Assembly: GCA_013265495.1 (NCBI GenBank)
Contig: MU057560.1
Coordinates: forward strand, 2,232,909 to 2,296,908
From: Vicugna vicugna
Lineage: Eukaryota
Length of the DNA stretch: 64,000 nt
Direction: 5' to 3'
Of the stretch, positions 35,503 through 48,650 are shown in pieces. Each line of letters begins with the position of its first letter. Position 1 is the stretch's first letter. The notes under the pieces were generated by a model. The model worked only from the letters and a program-made list of their open reading frames with translations, was not told where the DNA came from and made no database searches. A program made the translations under genes and the position numbers.

Positions 35503-35667
35503 TTTTGCAGGCATCGTGCCCCTCCAGCTGCGTCAGCTAAGAGCACCCTGATTATCTCACTTGGGAAATTTACCACCTTTGCTGTCCTCCAGTACGTAAT
35601 CCGTGTCACATGTTGCTGACCGTCCAATCATATTAGTTGTCGCCTCTCCCCCTCTGACCTGATTTAG

Positions 35668-35750
35668 GAGCTGATCAGGGCCTGCACTGTGGGCCGAGCT
35701 GTTACTGAGACGGTCGAGCTGCCGGCTGGACAGCGGACCTGCGGGGACAG
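35668..35750 (+). other. Candidate exon C
   Basis: Acceptor cctctccccctctgacctgatttag, donor CAG|GTGAGC. Confidence 0.25.
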
Positions 35751-36049
35751 GTGAGCATGTAGGTGACGTGCGTCTCTGTCCCCCACGCTGGGGGCACCTG
35801 CCGTCAGCTTGCCTCCTTCCCGGGTGTGACGCCGCCCACCCGGTTCAGGTGCTCTTTGGCAGAGTTCTCCATCATAAAGGCGTCTTTGCCCCTTGTAGAT
35901 AACAAGAAGTTCTGGGGCTGATTCTCTGAGACTCAGTGGAATCCTGTGCCCCGTGGTTTTAGCGCCCACTGCTGCGTCGTGTTTGGACGATGACTGTGCA
36001 GGAGGCAAAGCGTGATCTATTCTGCCGTGTCTGTCTTAGGCATCAGTCA

Positions 36050-36900
36050 GCGTTCTCCTGTCTTGAAGTCCTTCCCCACTCTTAAATAATTTTCGTATCA
36101 GAACAGATTCATGAATTCTTTTTTCTTCAAAGAATTACAATCTGTTCTGTCATCGTTCATTTTGCTGTTCAGATAATTCCAAATTCAGCCAATGGGACCC
36201 CCTGCGAGCTGGCTTCTGGGTCGTTTTTGCGTCCCAGTTGGCGTGTGAGAAATAAGTGGTGTCTTTAGACCTGCACTTTCTGTTGCTTGTTGCTTGTGTA
36301 ACTGCTTTTGCTGCCCTGGTCTTGCATTTAGCAACCTTGCTGAAGCCTTCAGCAAGCTCTAAAGTGGTCTCTGGAAATTATTTTGATTTTATATATTGAT
36401 AACCGTACCCCTATGCATAACGACAGTTGAATTTCCCTCTTTCCAATTATCTTTTTATTTCTTTTGTTACCGAGCTGGCTGGAACCCCCTAAGCAAGGAT
36501 GATTCTGTAAAGAAAACCGTTTGCAACCACTACAGTTGCCTTTCTAACCCTGAAGTTCCAGCGTGAGCGTGAGGTTTGCTCTGGGTTACTCCTTGCTGTC
36601 TTTCTCCACTAGGAAGGTCTGTCTCTTCCTCTTTTTTGAATCACATCTCTCCCATCTCTAATGGTTTGTAATCTTACCAAACAGCTGGTTCTGCGTTTGT
36701 TAGGGTGATTATTTTTTCTCCTTTAGTGTATTAACGTGGTAAATTACAGTAATGTACTTTGGGAATTATTCCTGCATTAGTGGTATACACCTTATTTGAT
36801 ATTTTTCAAAACATCCTCTACTCAGTTCGGCAATATTTTGTTTAGCCTTTTGGTGTTTGTATGTGAGACTGGCTTACCTGTTTCTTGTCATATTTCTCTC
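36050..36900 (-). mobile_element. Highly degraded L1 fragments
   Basis: T-rich, with antisense L1 phrases (gcaaccttgctga, ttttttctcctttagt, aattattcctgcatt). Confidence 0.55.
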
Positions 36901-37584
36901 CTTTTCATTGTCTGGTTGCCGGAACCCACCTGTGTTTCAGGAGTGTGTGTCGTGCGTGTGTCCCATCCGTGGACGATGGAGAGGAGAGCGTATCTGATGT
37001 GTGACTGGTGCCTGTTCCACTCGGCTGTCAAGGGGAGAGCCTGAGACCCCGCGCCATCCCCTGTGGGGTGTCTCCGGGCGGGGGTCCTGGACTGGGTAAG
37101 CTGGGCCACTGTCACCCGAGGGCCCGTCCAGGGGCAGGTGCAGACACCACAGGGCCAGGCGGGGTGGAGGAGGAAGACGCATGGGGTCTCCTCCCCGGGA
37201 GCCTCCCGCCCGGGCCCTAGAGGACCTCTGTCTCGGTCACATCCACGTTCCCCGGTGTGCCTGTGTCCGTGTGAGCGTCTCCCTGCGGGTGGGCTGCGAG
37301 GAGGGGAGGGACTGGGCGTGGAAGGGCCTCTCCTGCTGGCTTTCCGTGTGTCCTTTTCTCCGGGATGGACAGAGGCAGGCACCCCTCACTCCAAGAATGA
37401 CCCTCCGCCTGAGACCTGCGTTAGGGCTGCCGCTGGGTTCATGTCGAGGCCTCTGGACAAGCGTCTCCTTGTTACCCCAGGGCGCCTGCTCCCTGCGCCC
37501 TGAGCTGGGGGCCCAGGCTGGCGGCTGCTGCGAGGAGCGAGGCGCCGCGAGCCCAGTGCTCTTGGCTTGGGCGCTCCCCGCTGC

Positions 37585-37782
37585 ATGTGCGTGTGAGCGG
37601 GTGTGCATGCGAGCGTGAGGAGAGTGTGAGCATGCAGGTGGGGGTGCATGCACACTGTGAGCGTGTGTGTGCACGTCTGTGAGCAGGCATGCGTGTGCAT
37701 GGTGAATATGCATTTGTGGTATGTGAGCGTGCACCTGTGGGGGAGGGTTGTGCACGGGTGCACAGGTACGTGTGTGCGTGTG
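37585..37782. repeat. (TG/CATG)-rich low-complexity repeat
   Basis: Seen directly. Confidence 0.75.
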
Positions 37783-39348
37783 GCAGGGGGCGTCAGAGGC
37801 GAGCCCTGCTTCACATGTTCCCCCGTGCCGCCCGTGCCCCTCCGGCTCCCACTCTGCCATCCGGCTTGGCACCACCCTGAGGTCCGCCCTGCCTCCCTGC
37901 CTCCTTGCCTTTCCACGCTGCTCTTTGTCTGCAAAGCCTCTCATCTCCCCCTGCTCTCCCAGCTGAAACCCTCCTCTGTCTTCAAGATGCAGATGAAGTG
38001 CCTTGTTCTCCCTGCTGGATCCCAGCCGGGGATAAACATTTCTTCCTCTTTTAAGACGCAGCCCGTCTGCCTTGAATTATGCATGTGTGCGGCAGAGGGC
38101 TCCTCCAGGACGAGGATTATGACTTATTTATCTTCCCGTGTCCCCCCATCACTCCCTCCACCCCAGGACCTAAGCGGAGTCTGGCTTGTCAAAGTGCGGA
38201 ACGATTATTTATTAAAGTGGATGTTAACTGCCCCTCCTTATTTGTGTGTTTAGTGAAATTGTTCAATTCAGGGATCAGCGATGGAATCTTTGGAGAGAAA
38301 TGGGAGCTTTCTGCCTTACACCCCGAGGCTACAGTCATCCCGGCCCCCTTCATCCGTCTCTCCCCACCTCGGCCTGGCAGCTCTGCGCTTCTGCGGGGGC
38401 TCCTGTGTCATCCTGGCCCCCTCGGCTCGCGCACGGGCGCACGGGACCTGCACAGACGTGCCAGGGTTTTACGTGAGCTTCCGCGCTCTCTCCCAGGTCG
38501 GGCGGCGAGACGCTCTCAGCTGCATTCTCAGGCTGGGCACGCCTTCCAGCGGAATTACTGGAGGGCGAGGGAAATGACTCTGAAAGCCTGCCATGCCTCA
38601 AATCATCCCAGGGGGTGCTGGGAGTTTTCAAAACAAAGTTAATTGCAGTTCACGGTAATCTCACACATGTTTAACGCCGCCCCACACTGCGTCTGAGATG
38701 AATGCTGTAAAAACTGCGGCGGCTGAGCTCCGGGGAGGTCGGGGTGCAGAGCAACTGACTTGTCTCCTCTGGGAGAAGGGAAGGGTCCCCGGCATCGTCT
38801 GACTGCACGCTCCTGAGAGTCCGACACGCCCACGTGTCTCAGGCTGGCTGGTCCGAGAGCCAGGTGTCGATGTGTGTGTGACGGTTACTGTGTTCGATCG
38901 TATTTACATTTATTTGGCACCCATGGTGTGCAGGGGCTTGATTATTTGCAAATGCTGATCGTATGGACAGCTTAATGACGTCTGGAAGCCCTGAGGCCTC
39001 CTTACGCAGCAGCCCCGTCTCCCCTCTGAGTCCTCCGGGGCACCGGGGGCGCTGCTGCCCCGTGCTGTCGCGAGAGAAGAGACGTTCAGCGGGCTCACGG
39101 GGCTCACGCAACGTCCCCCTCCTGCCTCTAACTGAATGCGGGGCGCTCCACGCCTCCCCGCGGCTGTGGGCACTTGGCTGCTGGGGTCTGAGCCCAAACC
39201 TCGGGGCTCCCGTGGCTCCACGCACAACGCTTGCCGGAGGCGGCTCCTGCCCCGGCTGCACGGTGTTGCTTCTGCTCCTGTCCACGTGCCGGGGGGACGT
39301 CCTGCCCGCCCTGTGCTCCCAGCTCCAATGTTCCCTCTCATGCTTCAG

Positions 39349-39413
39349 ACCTGGCATTAGAATCGTCGTCACACGTCCCCGTCCTGTTCCAGATTGTGAG
39401 CTGTTTGCTCAAG
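39349..39413 (+). other. Candidate exon D
   Basis: Acceptor ttccctctcatgcttcag, consensus donor AAG|GTAAGT. Confidence 0.3.
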
Positions 39414-39690
39414 GTAAGTGACCGTCTGAGTTACTGTCCCAGCTGAGACTCTGGGGAGGGGACGGGAGCACTGCTGATAATGACGCCGGAGCACGGCGGT
39501 CCTGGCCACCATGCCTGGGGACCCCGCACTTTGGGGGGAGGGCTTGTCCAGGCCATGTCTGTTTTTCCGTGGTGCTCAGAACACTGCTTGGAATATGGGG
39601 AATGATAATTCTGTTATAAATTTATCTGCAGAATCAGTGAAAATGGGTCTGTTGCCAAAACATGGAGGATCCTTTTTTTAAAAAAATTCA

Positions 39691-40327
39691 TTCTTTATTG
39701 AAGTGTGGTCGATTTATAAAGTTAGTTTCAGGTGTACAGCAAAGCGATTCAGTTATACATGTACACACACATATATATACATGCATTTGCAGGTTATTTT
39801 CCAAGATAGCTTATTACAAAAGATTGAATATAGTTCCTTGTGCTACACAGTGGGTCCCTGTTGTTTATTTTATACATAGTAATGTGTCTCTGCTAATCCC
39901 AAACTCCTAATTTATCCCTTCTGCCCTTTCCACATTGGTAACCATAGTTTGTTTTTTATGTCTATGAGTCTGTTTTTGGTTTGTAAATAGAATTTGTATC
40001 TTTTTTTTTAAGTTTCCACATATGCGTGATATCATACGATATTTGTCTTTCTCTTTCTGACTTACTTAGTATGATAATCTCTAGGTCCATCCAGTTGCTA
40101 CAAACGGCATTATTTCATTTTTTGTGGCTGAGTAGTACTCCACTGTATAAATATACCACAGCTTCTTTATCTAGTCACCTGTCAATGGGCATTTAGGTTG
40201 TTTCTTGGCTACTGTAAGTAGTGCTGCTGTGGACATTGGGGTGCAGGTGTCTTTTCGAATTCAGGTCTCCTCCAGATCTGTCCCTGGAAGTGGACTGCTG
40301 GGTCCCAGGGTGAGTCTGTTTTTAGTC
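39691..40327 (-). mobile_element. L1 3' end (artiodactyl-type), 5'-truncated
   Basis: tttattgaagt..tcaggtgtacagcaaag..tctaggtccatcca..ggcattatttcatt..ggctgagtagta. Confidence 0.9.
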
Positions 40328-41105
40328 ACGGTGCACCGTGCACTGCTGGCCCCAGAAGGATGAGGTGTTGCTGTTTCAATTATTGTTGTAACTGTTAGAG
40401 AAACACGAGGCGTCAGTGCACAACAGGGGTGGCACTTTCTGTGACGAGGGGACATCCATCATGATGCCCTGGACCACGGGGACTCGAATTTACTGACCTC
40501 TTGATGTCTGTCGGGCAAACCAGCAGACTGTCCGAGGGCCGGCCCTGGGGACGGGGCAGAGAGGTCTCCCAGCAAACAACCCGCCTTCTGGTAAGGAAAG
40601 CGTGGCCCGGCATAGACCTCCTGCCCTGACCAGGCACAGCGCCTGCTACAACCGTCTAGCCGGAGGCTCAGTCTCTCCGTGGCCTGCTCCAGCGGCCGTG
40701 CTGGCGGGGTGCAGTGCGGAAGCATGGCACGGCCCCTCAGTTTGGGCAAACGACTCGAGCAGACACTGACCAGGAAACCCTTCTGCACGTCATGCTGAGA
40801 AGACAGAGGAGCACGTCTTAAAGTGCAACTTATACCGTCAACCCATCAGTTATGACAGCTGGTCTCTGAGTCACGGAATTCTCGACTGTGATCAAGTTTC
40901 CCGGAGCATGTGGTGCGCGTGTGTTTGCCTGTGTGTGTCTGTGTGCGCTCACACGCTGCCTCCCCGAAGAACTGAAGTGACCGTGAGCTCTCACTTGTCT
41001 TACCCACACACGGTGTTTGGGTTCTGAGTGATGTGTCTTCCATTTTTGATCAAAACGGCCACACCCTTGATAGATCTCCTTCTGCCTTATGCTGCATAGA
41101 TGTAC

Positions 41106-41224
41106 TTTAATTTAATTTAATTTAACTAGTTTTTAATGGACGGGCTGAGGACTGAACCCAGGACCTCGTGCCTGCTCGTGTGTCGCAGGCGTGAGCTCTA
41201 CCACTGAGCTATACCCACCTCCCC
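41106..41224 (-). mobile_element. tRNA-derived SINE, Vic-1-like (short-tail form)
   Basis: ctgaacccaggacctcgtg...ctctaccactgagctataccc, (TTTAA)n tail. Confidence 0.85.
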
Positions 41225-42338
41225 AAGTTTATTTTTATTTTTTATTTCTTTTCTTCTGCACAGACAGACTTTAAATCACTTCTTCTAGCCCAGTGGTGGT
41301 TTGGTCAGGAGCCAGAAGTCACTGCTGGGTTAGTAAGTGGCACAAACCGGGCTGAACTTGCTGTGTCCCACGGGAAAGGGTGTGGGGGCAGGGAGACCTG
41401 TTCTGCGGGTTAGGGCTCTCAAGGAAGACCTCGGGTGGACGTGGTCCAGGGGCTTCCAGGCTCCTCTCTCTGAGGGCCACCCGTCTTCTACCAGGTCAGG
41501 TGCACACTGGGGCCAGGTGACGGCTTGCCATGTCGGACTCCAGACACTTCCAGCCCCAGGAACGCTGTCCAGTTGGGTAATAATATTCTCCAAGTGTCTG
41601 ATCTTCTTAGGGTCCTGTACTGGACTGGCGGGGAAAGGGTCGAAGATAATGTGTTATGGCATCTCTCCCCAGGAGGGTCTCACCAGAGGAGCTGGGGGCA
41701 GAAAGTCCACGCTGTCTGTTAAACTGTCAAAGTAACACAGGGAAATCCAAGTGAGGAGGATGGAGGGAAGCTGAATCCCAGAACTCCTACCCCAGCACCA
41801 AACGAAATAAATAAAAGTAGAAAACAAAAACTGCAAAAATATGAACTGGCAACAATCAAATATTCAACCTCATTAAGATTTTGAAATGGGTGACCGAGTG
41901 AGAGAGCGAACTCTGACAGCCCTGCAGTGTCTCCAAGCCTCACTGTGCCCTCCCCACCCCAAACATACCCCAGAGCGGTGCAAGGAGGAAGGATGCCCCA
42001 GTCAAATGTGAGACTCTTGCTGCAAGCCCAGCTAGGGGGCGAGCAGGCAGTTTACTCCAGCAGCTAAAACTCCAGCTACAGAGCCTCAGAAGAGTCAGGG
42101 GTAAGCGGGTGAGTTTCATGTGTCTCACATGTTCTGGATTCTAAGGAGGGTAAATAAAGACAAGTGTATTTAAGAACATTGTTACAATATTAAGGACAAA
42201 AGGAATATTAAAATCTAATGTGAGGGGGGGGCCAAAATAACCTACAAAGGAATAATAATAAAAATTAAAGCTATTCCCTCATTACCAACGGCGGAAGACA
42301 AGGTGGTAACGTCCTCAGAGGGCCGAGGACAGGCGACA

Positions 42339-42524
42339 CAGTCGGCCCTCGCTGTCCCGGGGGTTGGTCCCAGATCTGAGGGTGCTCAAGTCGTGTATGT
42401 AAAACCGCGCCGTCCAGTTGGCCCTCCACATCCGGGGTTCCTCCCGCATCTGTGGATTCAGCCAGACGTGGGCTGAGCTGAGGTTGCTGCGATCCACGCG
42501 GAGGGCAGACGCGGGGGCCGACCG
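42339..42524. mobile_element. MER2-like Tigger (Tc1/mariner) non-autonomous element nested in L1
   Basis: Terminal inverted repeats cagtcggccctc / gggggccgaccg; internal tgctcaagtc..tatgtaaaa and gcatctgtggattca. Confidence 0.7.
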
Positions 42525-43819
42525 CGGCTCACCTCCACGCTGCACCTGTTGGGCAGCACTGAGCGAGGGCCATGTAGCAGCATTTTCAGACACGAAGGGC
42601 CCTGATAAAAGAGCTGCTGAAGAATGCACTTCGGCAAGAAGAGAACCAAACCCACTGGAAAGAACTGGCGGAAAGACGCAACACTGACTGAACGGTGAGC
42701 GAATCTCGTGAGCATGAAAGCATAAGAGGCACTTTCCACAAGCGTAAAGCAGGTGGAGTGAAAGTCCCGGACAACGATAAGTGGACCTGGGGAGTCTCCA
42801 GGGAGACAGCGGGCTCACAAGCTTCTCTTATTTGGGGGGGGTGTATGGAAACTGACTGACTTTGTATTTTGTGAGAAAAATGCAGAAAGTGTGCAAGTTA
42901 GAAAGCATAAAGGTGATCACCGGGACGATGGAATGTGACACAAGACTTCCAAGCACAGGAAGGCAGGGACTGACAGATCATGATTCATCGAAGAGAAGGC
43001 AGAAAAGGAGAAATCAAGTGAAAAATTCTAAGCAGTACGTGAGAAATAGAGACTAAGGTGGTAGAACTATGTCAGTAGCCACAGTAACTGAAAATGTAAC
43101 ATTTATGTTTTTGTCTAAAAGACACAGACTTGATATTGAAAATTCTGCTATATACAAGTTATGGGACCTGCTCAAAACCCAGTTATTAAATAAAGTAATA
43201 AGGCTGAGCATCTGGGAAAATACACACCCGGGAAATACTGACTGAAACAAAATTAAGATAACTACTTTAATACAGAATGAAATACGTTTTTAGGGAAAAC
43301 TATGGATAAAATAGATCATAAAAGAAACAATCTATTGGTAACTTACCACAGTTACAAACTGGTGTGCACCTGACTGTGCAGCCTTGCAAAACACACAACG
43401 AAACGCAGCAGAATTACAAGTAGGAATGGAAGAATCCATAATCAGAGTGGGTGTTACAGCGAATGTCTCTCAGAAACTGCGAGATGACGTTGATGGAAGT
43501 AAAATTATAGGTTATTTAAATTGTACTTTAAATAATACAATTAATCTTGATTGTGTGCATGCACGCATGCCAGCCACAAGTAGAGCGCGTACATATTCAA
43601 TGACAATAGAAAATTTAAAACTTATGTATAACTGGGCCTAAAGGGGATTCTCAATAAATCAAAGGAATCTGTGTGATAAAGACCATCTTTGTAGATACTT
43701 GTATGATAAAATTATTGATGAAGAATGAAAACCTGCCTGTCCGCCACTCCAAACTCAAACTTACATTTGTTAAAAAACCGTAATAGTCCTGATATGATCC
43801 TGTGGACATAACACCACAC

Positions 43820-43865
43820 GTGTGAGCGTGTGTGAGCGTGTGTGAGCGTGTGCGTGTGCGCGAGC
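43820..43865. repeat. (GTGTGTGAGC)n short repeat
   Basis: Seen directly. Confidence 0.8.
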
Positions 43866-45311
43866 ACAAGGACACAGGAAGGACACCCACAGAGGGTAAT
43901 CGTCAACACTATTAGACGATCATTTCAGAATGGTGAAATTCAGTTTTTTTTAAAAACTTTCCTCGTTATTTTTTCTCTAGTCATAGTTTTTCCATAGAAT
44001 ATGGTTTATTTATAGAGTTTTTATTCTGAAAATAATTCTAAGTATTTATGTGTTAAAAATACAGGCAAAATATGAAATATCCTGTCTTGAACCACAGTGA
44101 ATGCACCGTGCAGCCCAACAGCTAAGGGACGCACAGAGCCTTAAACGTATGCATTGAAGCACAATTACTTAATAAACTAAGTATTTAATAAAGCAGGAAA
44201 TGCGTCACTGGACAATTCCAAATAAAGTGTAAAGGAGAAACTGACAAACGTAAGAGCAAAATTAAAGTAAAAATTAAGGATCACTAGAGAGGGCTTAAAA
44301 ATTAGTTCTTCCAGAAATCAAAATGCAAAAATTAATCCAAATGAAAAGAGGGAAAACGCATACAGACTCGTCTTAGAAACACACAAACCCACACGCAGCT
44401 CGCAGTTCCGGGGAGGCCACAGAAGGAGTGGGATTGCGTGGGCCCCTGGCCTGCACAGCCCGTGTGGCAGTGATGGAGCGCCAGCCCCACCAGGCACGCG
44501 GCGATGGCTTGTGACCAGGACAGAGCACGGCAGACAGTGTCTTTTTCGCCCACCTGTCTGAACCACGGGCATCCTAACACACGTCTGGGCTCCTGTACGC
44601 CTCCTGTGACGTTAGGAGGGTGTAGGAAAACCGTGACGTGCTTTATCTGGGAAACGTTATGTGACGCTGTCACGGCCCCAGTGCGTCTGTTTGAATCTGA
44701 AAACTTGACCAGAGCCAAGCTCAGGGTTGGCCCGCCGCCCCTTCCTCACCATCACCCCTGCTCGCAGGTCAAATTCGCTGAGATTCCCTCGTCCCACGTT
44801 CCAGCTCCGTTGTCTTCTGAGCAGGAAGGCGTGAGCGCAGCAGGATGCAGACTCACCTCTGAGCATCCTGGCTGGCCATCTGCCCCATCCTCATGGATGC
44901 TGGTCCCCGGAGTAACGTGCATGTGAATATTTCAAGGAGTTCAGTCTACCATTGGTTTGTGGTCAGTCAGTATCCAACTGGTTAATTTAATTTGATGCAA
45001 AAAGAACTGGGAGCGAAACCAGTATCTGAGCAGGGAGTAGGGCCCACTGAGTTCAGGATTTGAGAGAAAACTTCCCCACCTACTGCAGGGAGGGAAGAGT
45101 GAGGGCCGCGAAGCTCTCCCGTCTTAGCTCTTGGGGATGCCCTCTCCCCTCTAAGGCTTCTGGAGAGGAGAACCTTCTTTCTTTGCCTAAAATGATAGAA
45201 TCAGTTGTTTAGACACAAAAAATCCGATTGAGATAAAAAGGCTGACCACACTCAGGCCAGTGCGAATGACCAATTTTAATGCGTGCTTTCCACATGTACG
45301 TGGCTCTTGGT

Positions 45312-45410
45312 GGGGGGGCGTGGCTCAGTGGTAGAGTGTACGCTTAGCACGCGTGAGGTCCTGGGTTCGGTCCCCAGGACTGCCGCTTAGAGAAGAGAAA
45401 ACAAAACAAA
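45312..45410 (+). mobile_element. tRNA-derived SINE, Vic-1-like (short-tail form)
   Basis: ggcgtggctcagtggtagagtgtacgcttagcacgcgtgaggtcctgggttcggtccccagg followed by an A-rich tail. Confidence 0.85.
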
Positions 45411-46049
45411 GGTGACTAGCTGGTTTTTCTAAATGGACTTTTTCCATAGTGCCTTTTCTTCCCCACCCTCTAAGCTGTGTGCGTGAGCAGGGGTGAACAC
45501 TTCGGGCTCTGGGAGCTGAAGCTCCAAAGGAAATTTGCAAATTTACACAACAGGAAGGTGATTTTACAGTTTCTTTGATTCTCCTTTGATCTAAACTATT
45601 GATTCTTCAATTACTTTCTAGATTATTTGTTAAAGTTTGACAACATCAGTAGTAACAAAAATTCTATTTGACTGAAAGTGGCACTGTTCTCAACATTCGC
45701 CCTCTTCTCTTCTTTCGAACGAGGGCTGGCTTTCATGACATCAGTCTCCGGGGGCCAGGCAGAGTTTTAGCAAAGAGCCTACATCCCTTTGAAGGAGAGA
45801 ACCCTCTCTTGACAAAATGGTACCAAGTTCCCATCCGAAGAAATAAAAGCATGTTTTTGCATGAATAACAACTTTCATGTACAGACGGAAATACTGCTTA
45901 TAAATGTCAACGCTTGATGTTCTGAACGCCGACTTGAGAGTGATTGCTGGTAAATATGTGTTTTTTCTCATAAAGGTGAGAAAGTCTAGCTCTGGGAACC
46001 AAGCCAGCTGCTAGAAATGCATCTCCTAACGCGAAGTGGGGAACGTTCC

Positions 46050-46603
46050 AGGTGGACCGAGCTCTAGGATGGCCCCAAGACCCCTGACCCCCAGTGTACA
46101 GACCAGCACACTCTCCTCCCTGCAAGTGTGGGAGGAACCTGGGAGTGTGGCGGGACAGTCACTCCCTGGATGAGGCTGTGTCACAAGACTCCCGTGGTGT
46201 CTTTCCGTCATACAAGACCCCGTCATCACAGATTTGCCAGCTGGCCTTGGAGAGCTGGCCTTGTGTGAGCTACCTGTGCAGGGGCCATGAACCAGCACCC
46301 AAGAGTGACCTCCAGGACAGTGGTCTCTGGCTAACAGCCCAGGGAACAGGGACATCATCCAACAGCCACAAGGAAAGGGGTTCTGTCAGCAGCCAGAGGG
46401 AGCCTGGAGGGGGTGCCTCCCCAGCTGAGCCTTCAGAAGAGGACACAGTCAGTGGACATCTTGGCTTCGGACTCGTAAGACCCTGAGCAGAGGACCCATT
46501 CAAATGGGCTGAACTCCCACCCCACGGAGACAGAGACAGCACACAGACGAGGTGTAGGCTGCTATGCTTGTGATGTTTGTCACACGGTAATAGGAAAATA
46601 CAC
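46050..46603 (+). mobile_element. MLT1 (MaLR) LTR
   Basis: aggatggcccc..caacagccacaaggaa..gagccttcaga..gaccctgagcagaggaccca..tgtcacacggtaataggaaaataca terminus. Confidence 0.75.
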
Positions 46604-46611
46604 GGTCTGGC

Positions 46612-46735
46612 GGGGAGGTCACAGGTCAGTGGTAGACTGTGTGCTTAGAATGCACGAGGAGGTCCTGGGCTCAATCCCCAGGACCGCCATCGAAAATAAA
46701 TTTATTACCCTAATTAGCCCCCCTCAAAAAAAAAA
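46612..46735 (+). mobile_element. tRNA-derived SINE, camelid Vic-1-like
   Basis: ggggagg..tcagtggtagactgtgtgcttagaatgcacgagg..ctgggctcaatcccc..ccctaattagcccc plus poly(A). Confidence 0.85.
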
Positions 46736-47499
46736 GGGAATTTAAAAAGTGCAAAATCAGTAAGACAGCTCAGCTCAAAAAAATTTTAAAAGAAATTCAA
46801 CCCAACTGCTCAAAAATAGGAAGTGGTCTACTGGACTTTAAAAAAAATGTGTCTTTAATGTCCTGTGTGAATCTTATTCTCCAAAGACTCGCCATTAAAC
46901 AAATCTCAGGTGTGTTCGCGGGTGTTCCCTGCAGGCGGCGGGAAGAGCCTCGCACCTGGTGACCCGGCCCCCCTCTCGCCTTCTCGCCTTAGCCGCCCTG
47001 TCCTTGCAGGAACGCGGGCAGGAAGCGTCTCGTCCCACCTCCTCTCACACAGGACAAGTCCCCGTGTCCACCGCCCAGAGGTGGACGGCAGGTCTTTGTC
47101 TACACACCTGTAGCCCCGGCCCGTCCTGGGGTCCCGGGGCTTCCTTCTCCGCCTTCGTGTTGCCTCAGTGTCACGGTCCTTTAGGAACGGCACCAACAAG
47201 GTCATTAGGGTCCTTCCTTCAGTGGTCTGGCCCCGGGACTGGCACGCCTGTGGGGTGAGGCTGCTCAGAGCAACCGGCCACGAAGTCGGGGAGCAGGCTG
47301 GACAGGGCCAGGGGTTCCTCGGCCTGGCCTCCGAGCGTAAGGAGTCTTTTCTGGGAAGGAAACACCTCTGGTTTCTATCGGATGAGACAGGAGCGATGGT
47401 TATTGTCCACTGAAGGGGAAACGGTGACCGTTTGGCATTTGTTGCCATTAAACTGTCAACACAATTTCGCACCTTCCGTCAAGAATCGTGGTGGTTTTC

Positions 47500-47930
47500 A
47501 GAAAGAGGAGGCCTCCTGCAGGAGGGCTGGAGGCCAGACAGCTGGCTTTTCTGATGAGCTGTTCCGCTCCCCACCCCGCGACCCCACTTCCTGCAGTGTG
47601 ACCGGGTCAATTGGTCATCTTGGAGGGAGGCGCTGTCGGGGTTCGAGGGTCACCCTTCCAGTTTCCAGCATCTCTGTCCTGGGGGCCTTTTTGCACAGTG
47701 ACATCTGGGGTGGGATGATGCTGGCGTCCACCTCTGCCGTGACCTGGCCTTCAGCTGAGGGATTCTGGGGCTCTGTCTACACCGCGTGCCCCGACGTCCC
47801 GCAGGAGGAGCCCCAGCTGCTCCCCGTGGCAGGGACCCCCCTCCTGCTGTCCCCACCCTCTCCCCCACCGGTGCCCTTCCAGAGGAAACTTGAACCTTTG
47901 TCTTCCGGCTCCTGGGGCAGGTTCTAGCAC
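47500..47930. mobile_element. Possible degraded ERVL-class LTR (LTR16-like)
   Basis: aggaggagccccagctgctccccgtggcag resembles the LTR16 3' portion; weak. Confidence 0.3.
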
Positions 47931-48300
47931 AAACCTCTCTGAATGTCAGCTCTTCTCACCTGAAGAGGGACCCTGACTGACCCACTGATCGTCGGCCGGA
48001 GGTGCTCTTTGCTGGGCTGGGCGTGTAACAGGCCCCAGTGAGCACTCCTTCCTGTCCTTGCGTCCAGCACTGTGTGTGCTCCTCGTAAAGGGCTCTGCTG
48101 CCCTCTCTGGTTTTGAGGAGAGAACGGGACCAGGGTCCTCAGCTCAGTCTCTCCCCAGGGCTTCCCTGCTCACCGGCCCGGCTCTGAGCAGCTTGTGCCC
48201 TCGGGTGGAAGCACGCAGAGAGGGTCAAAAAGACGCATCGTAAGGACGCGTTTAACACTGTTCACTTCTCTGTTTGTTTACCCTCCATCACATTTTCTGT

Positions 48301-48650
48301 TGTTTTTAATTGAAGTGCAGCTGATTTACGACGTGGTGTTAGCCTCTGCTGCACAGCAGAGCGAGTTGCTACACATATATATACTTTTCACATTTTTTTC
48401 ATCATAGGCTGTTACAAGGTATTGAGCAGAGCTCCCTGTGCTGCACAGGAGGACCTTTCTGTCTGTCTGTTTTATACATAGTAGTTAGTATCTGTTAATC
48501 CCGAACTCCCAATTTGTCCCCCCAACGCCCCCATCCCCCCGTAACCATGTTTGTTTTCTGTGTCCGTGAGTCACTTTCAGCTTTGTAAATAAGTTCATTT
48601 GTGTCCTTTTTTTAGATTCTATACATCAGTGACATCACGTGGTAGTTTTC
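48301..48650 (-). mobile_element. L1 3' end fragment (artiodactyl-type)
   Basis: ttttaattgaagtgcagctgatttac..ctgttaatcccgaactccc..gtaaccat..ttttagattctatacat. Confidence 0.85.

Larger units (their letters stand above)
41750..44370 (+). mobile_element. Degraded old L1 (ORF1 end to ORF2 endonuclease region), interrupted by other repeats
   Basis: A-rich; aaataacctacaaaggaa (ORF1), cattttcagacac, gaatccataatcagagtggg (endonuclease IIxG motif region). Confidence 0.6.

Noticed and set aside
35050..35627. Cys/Val/Tyr-rich ORFs
   Set aside because: Translation of the (CA/TA)n microsatellite.
45312..45385. tRNA gene (also 17525, 29026, 41106, 46612)
   Set aside because: A and B boxes are present, but the copies are divergent, end in A-rich tails and lack a clean cloverleaf: SINEs.
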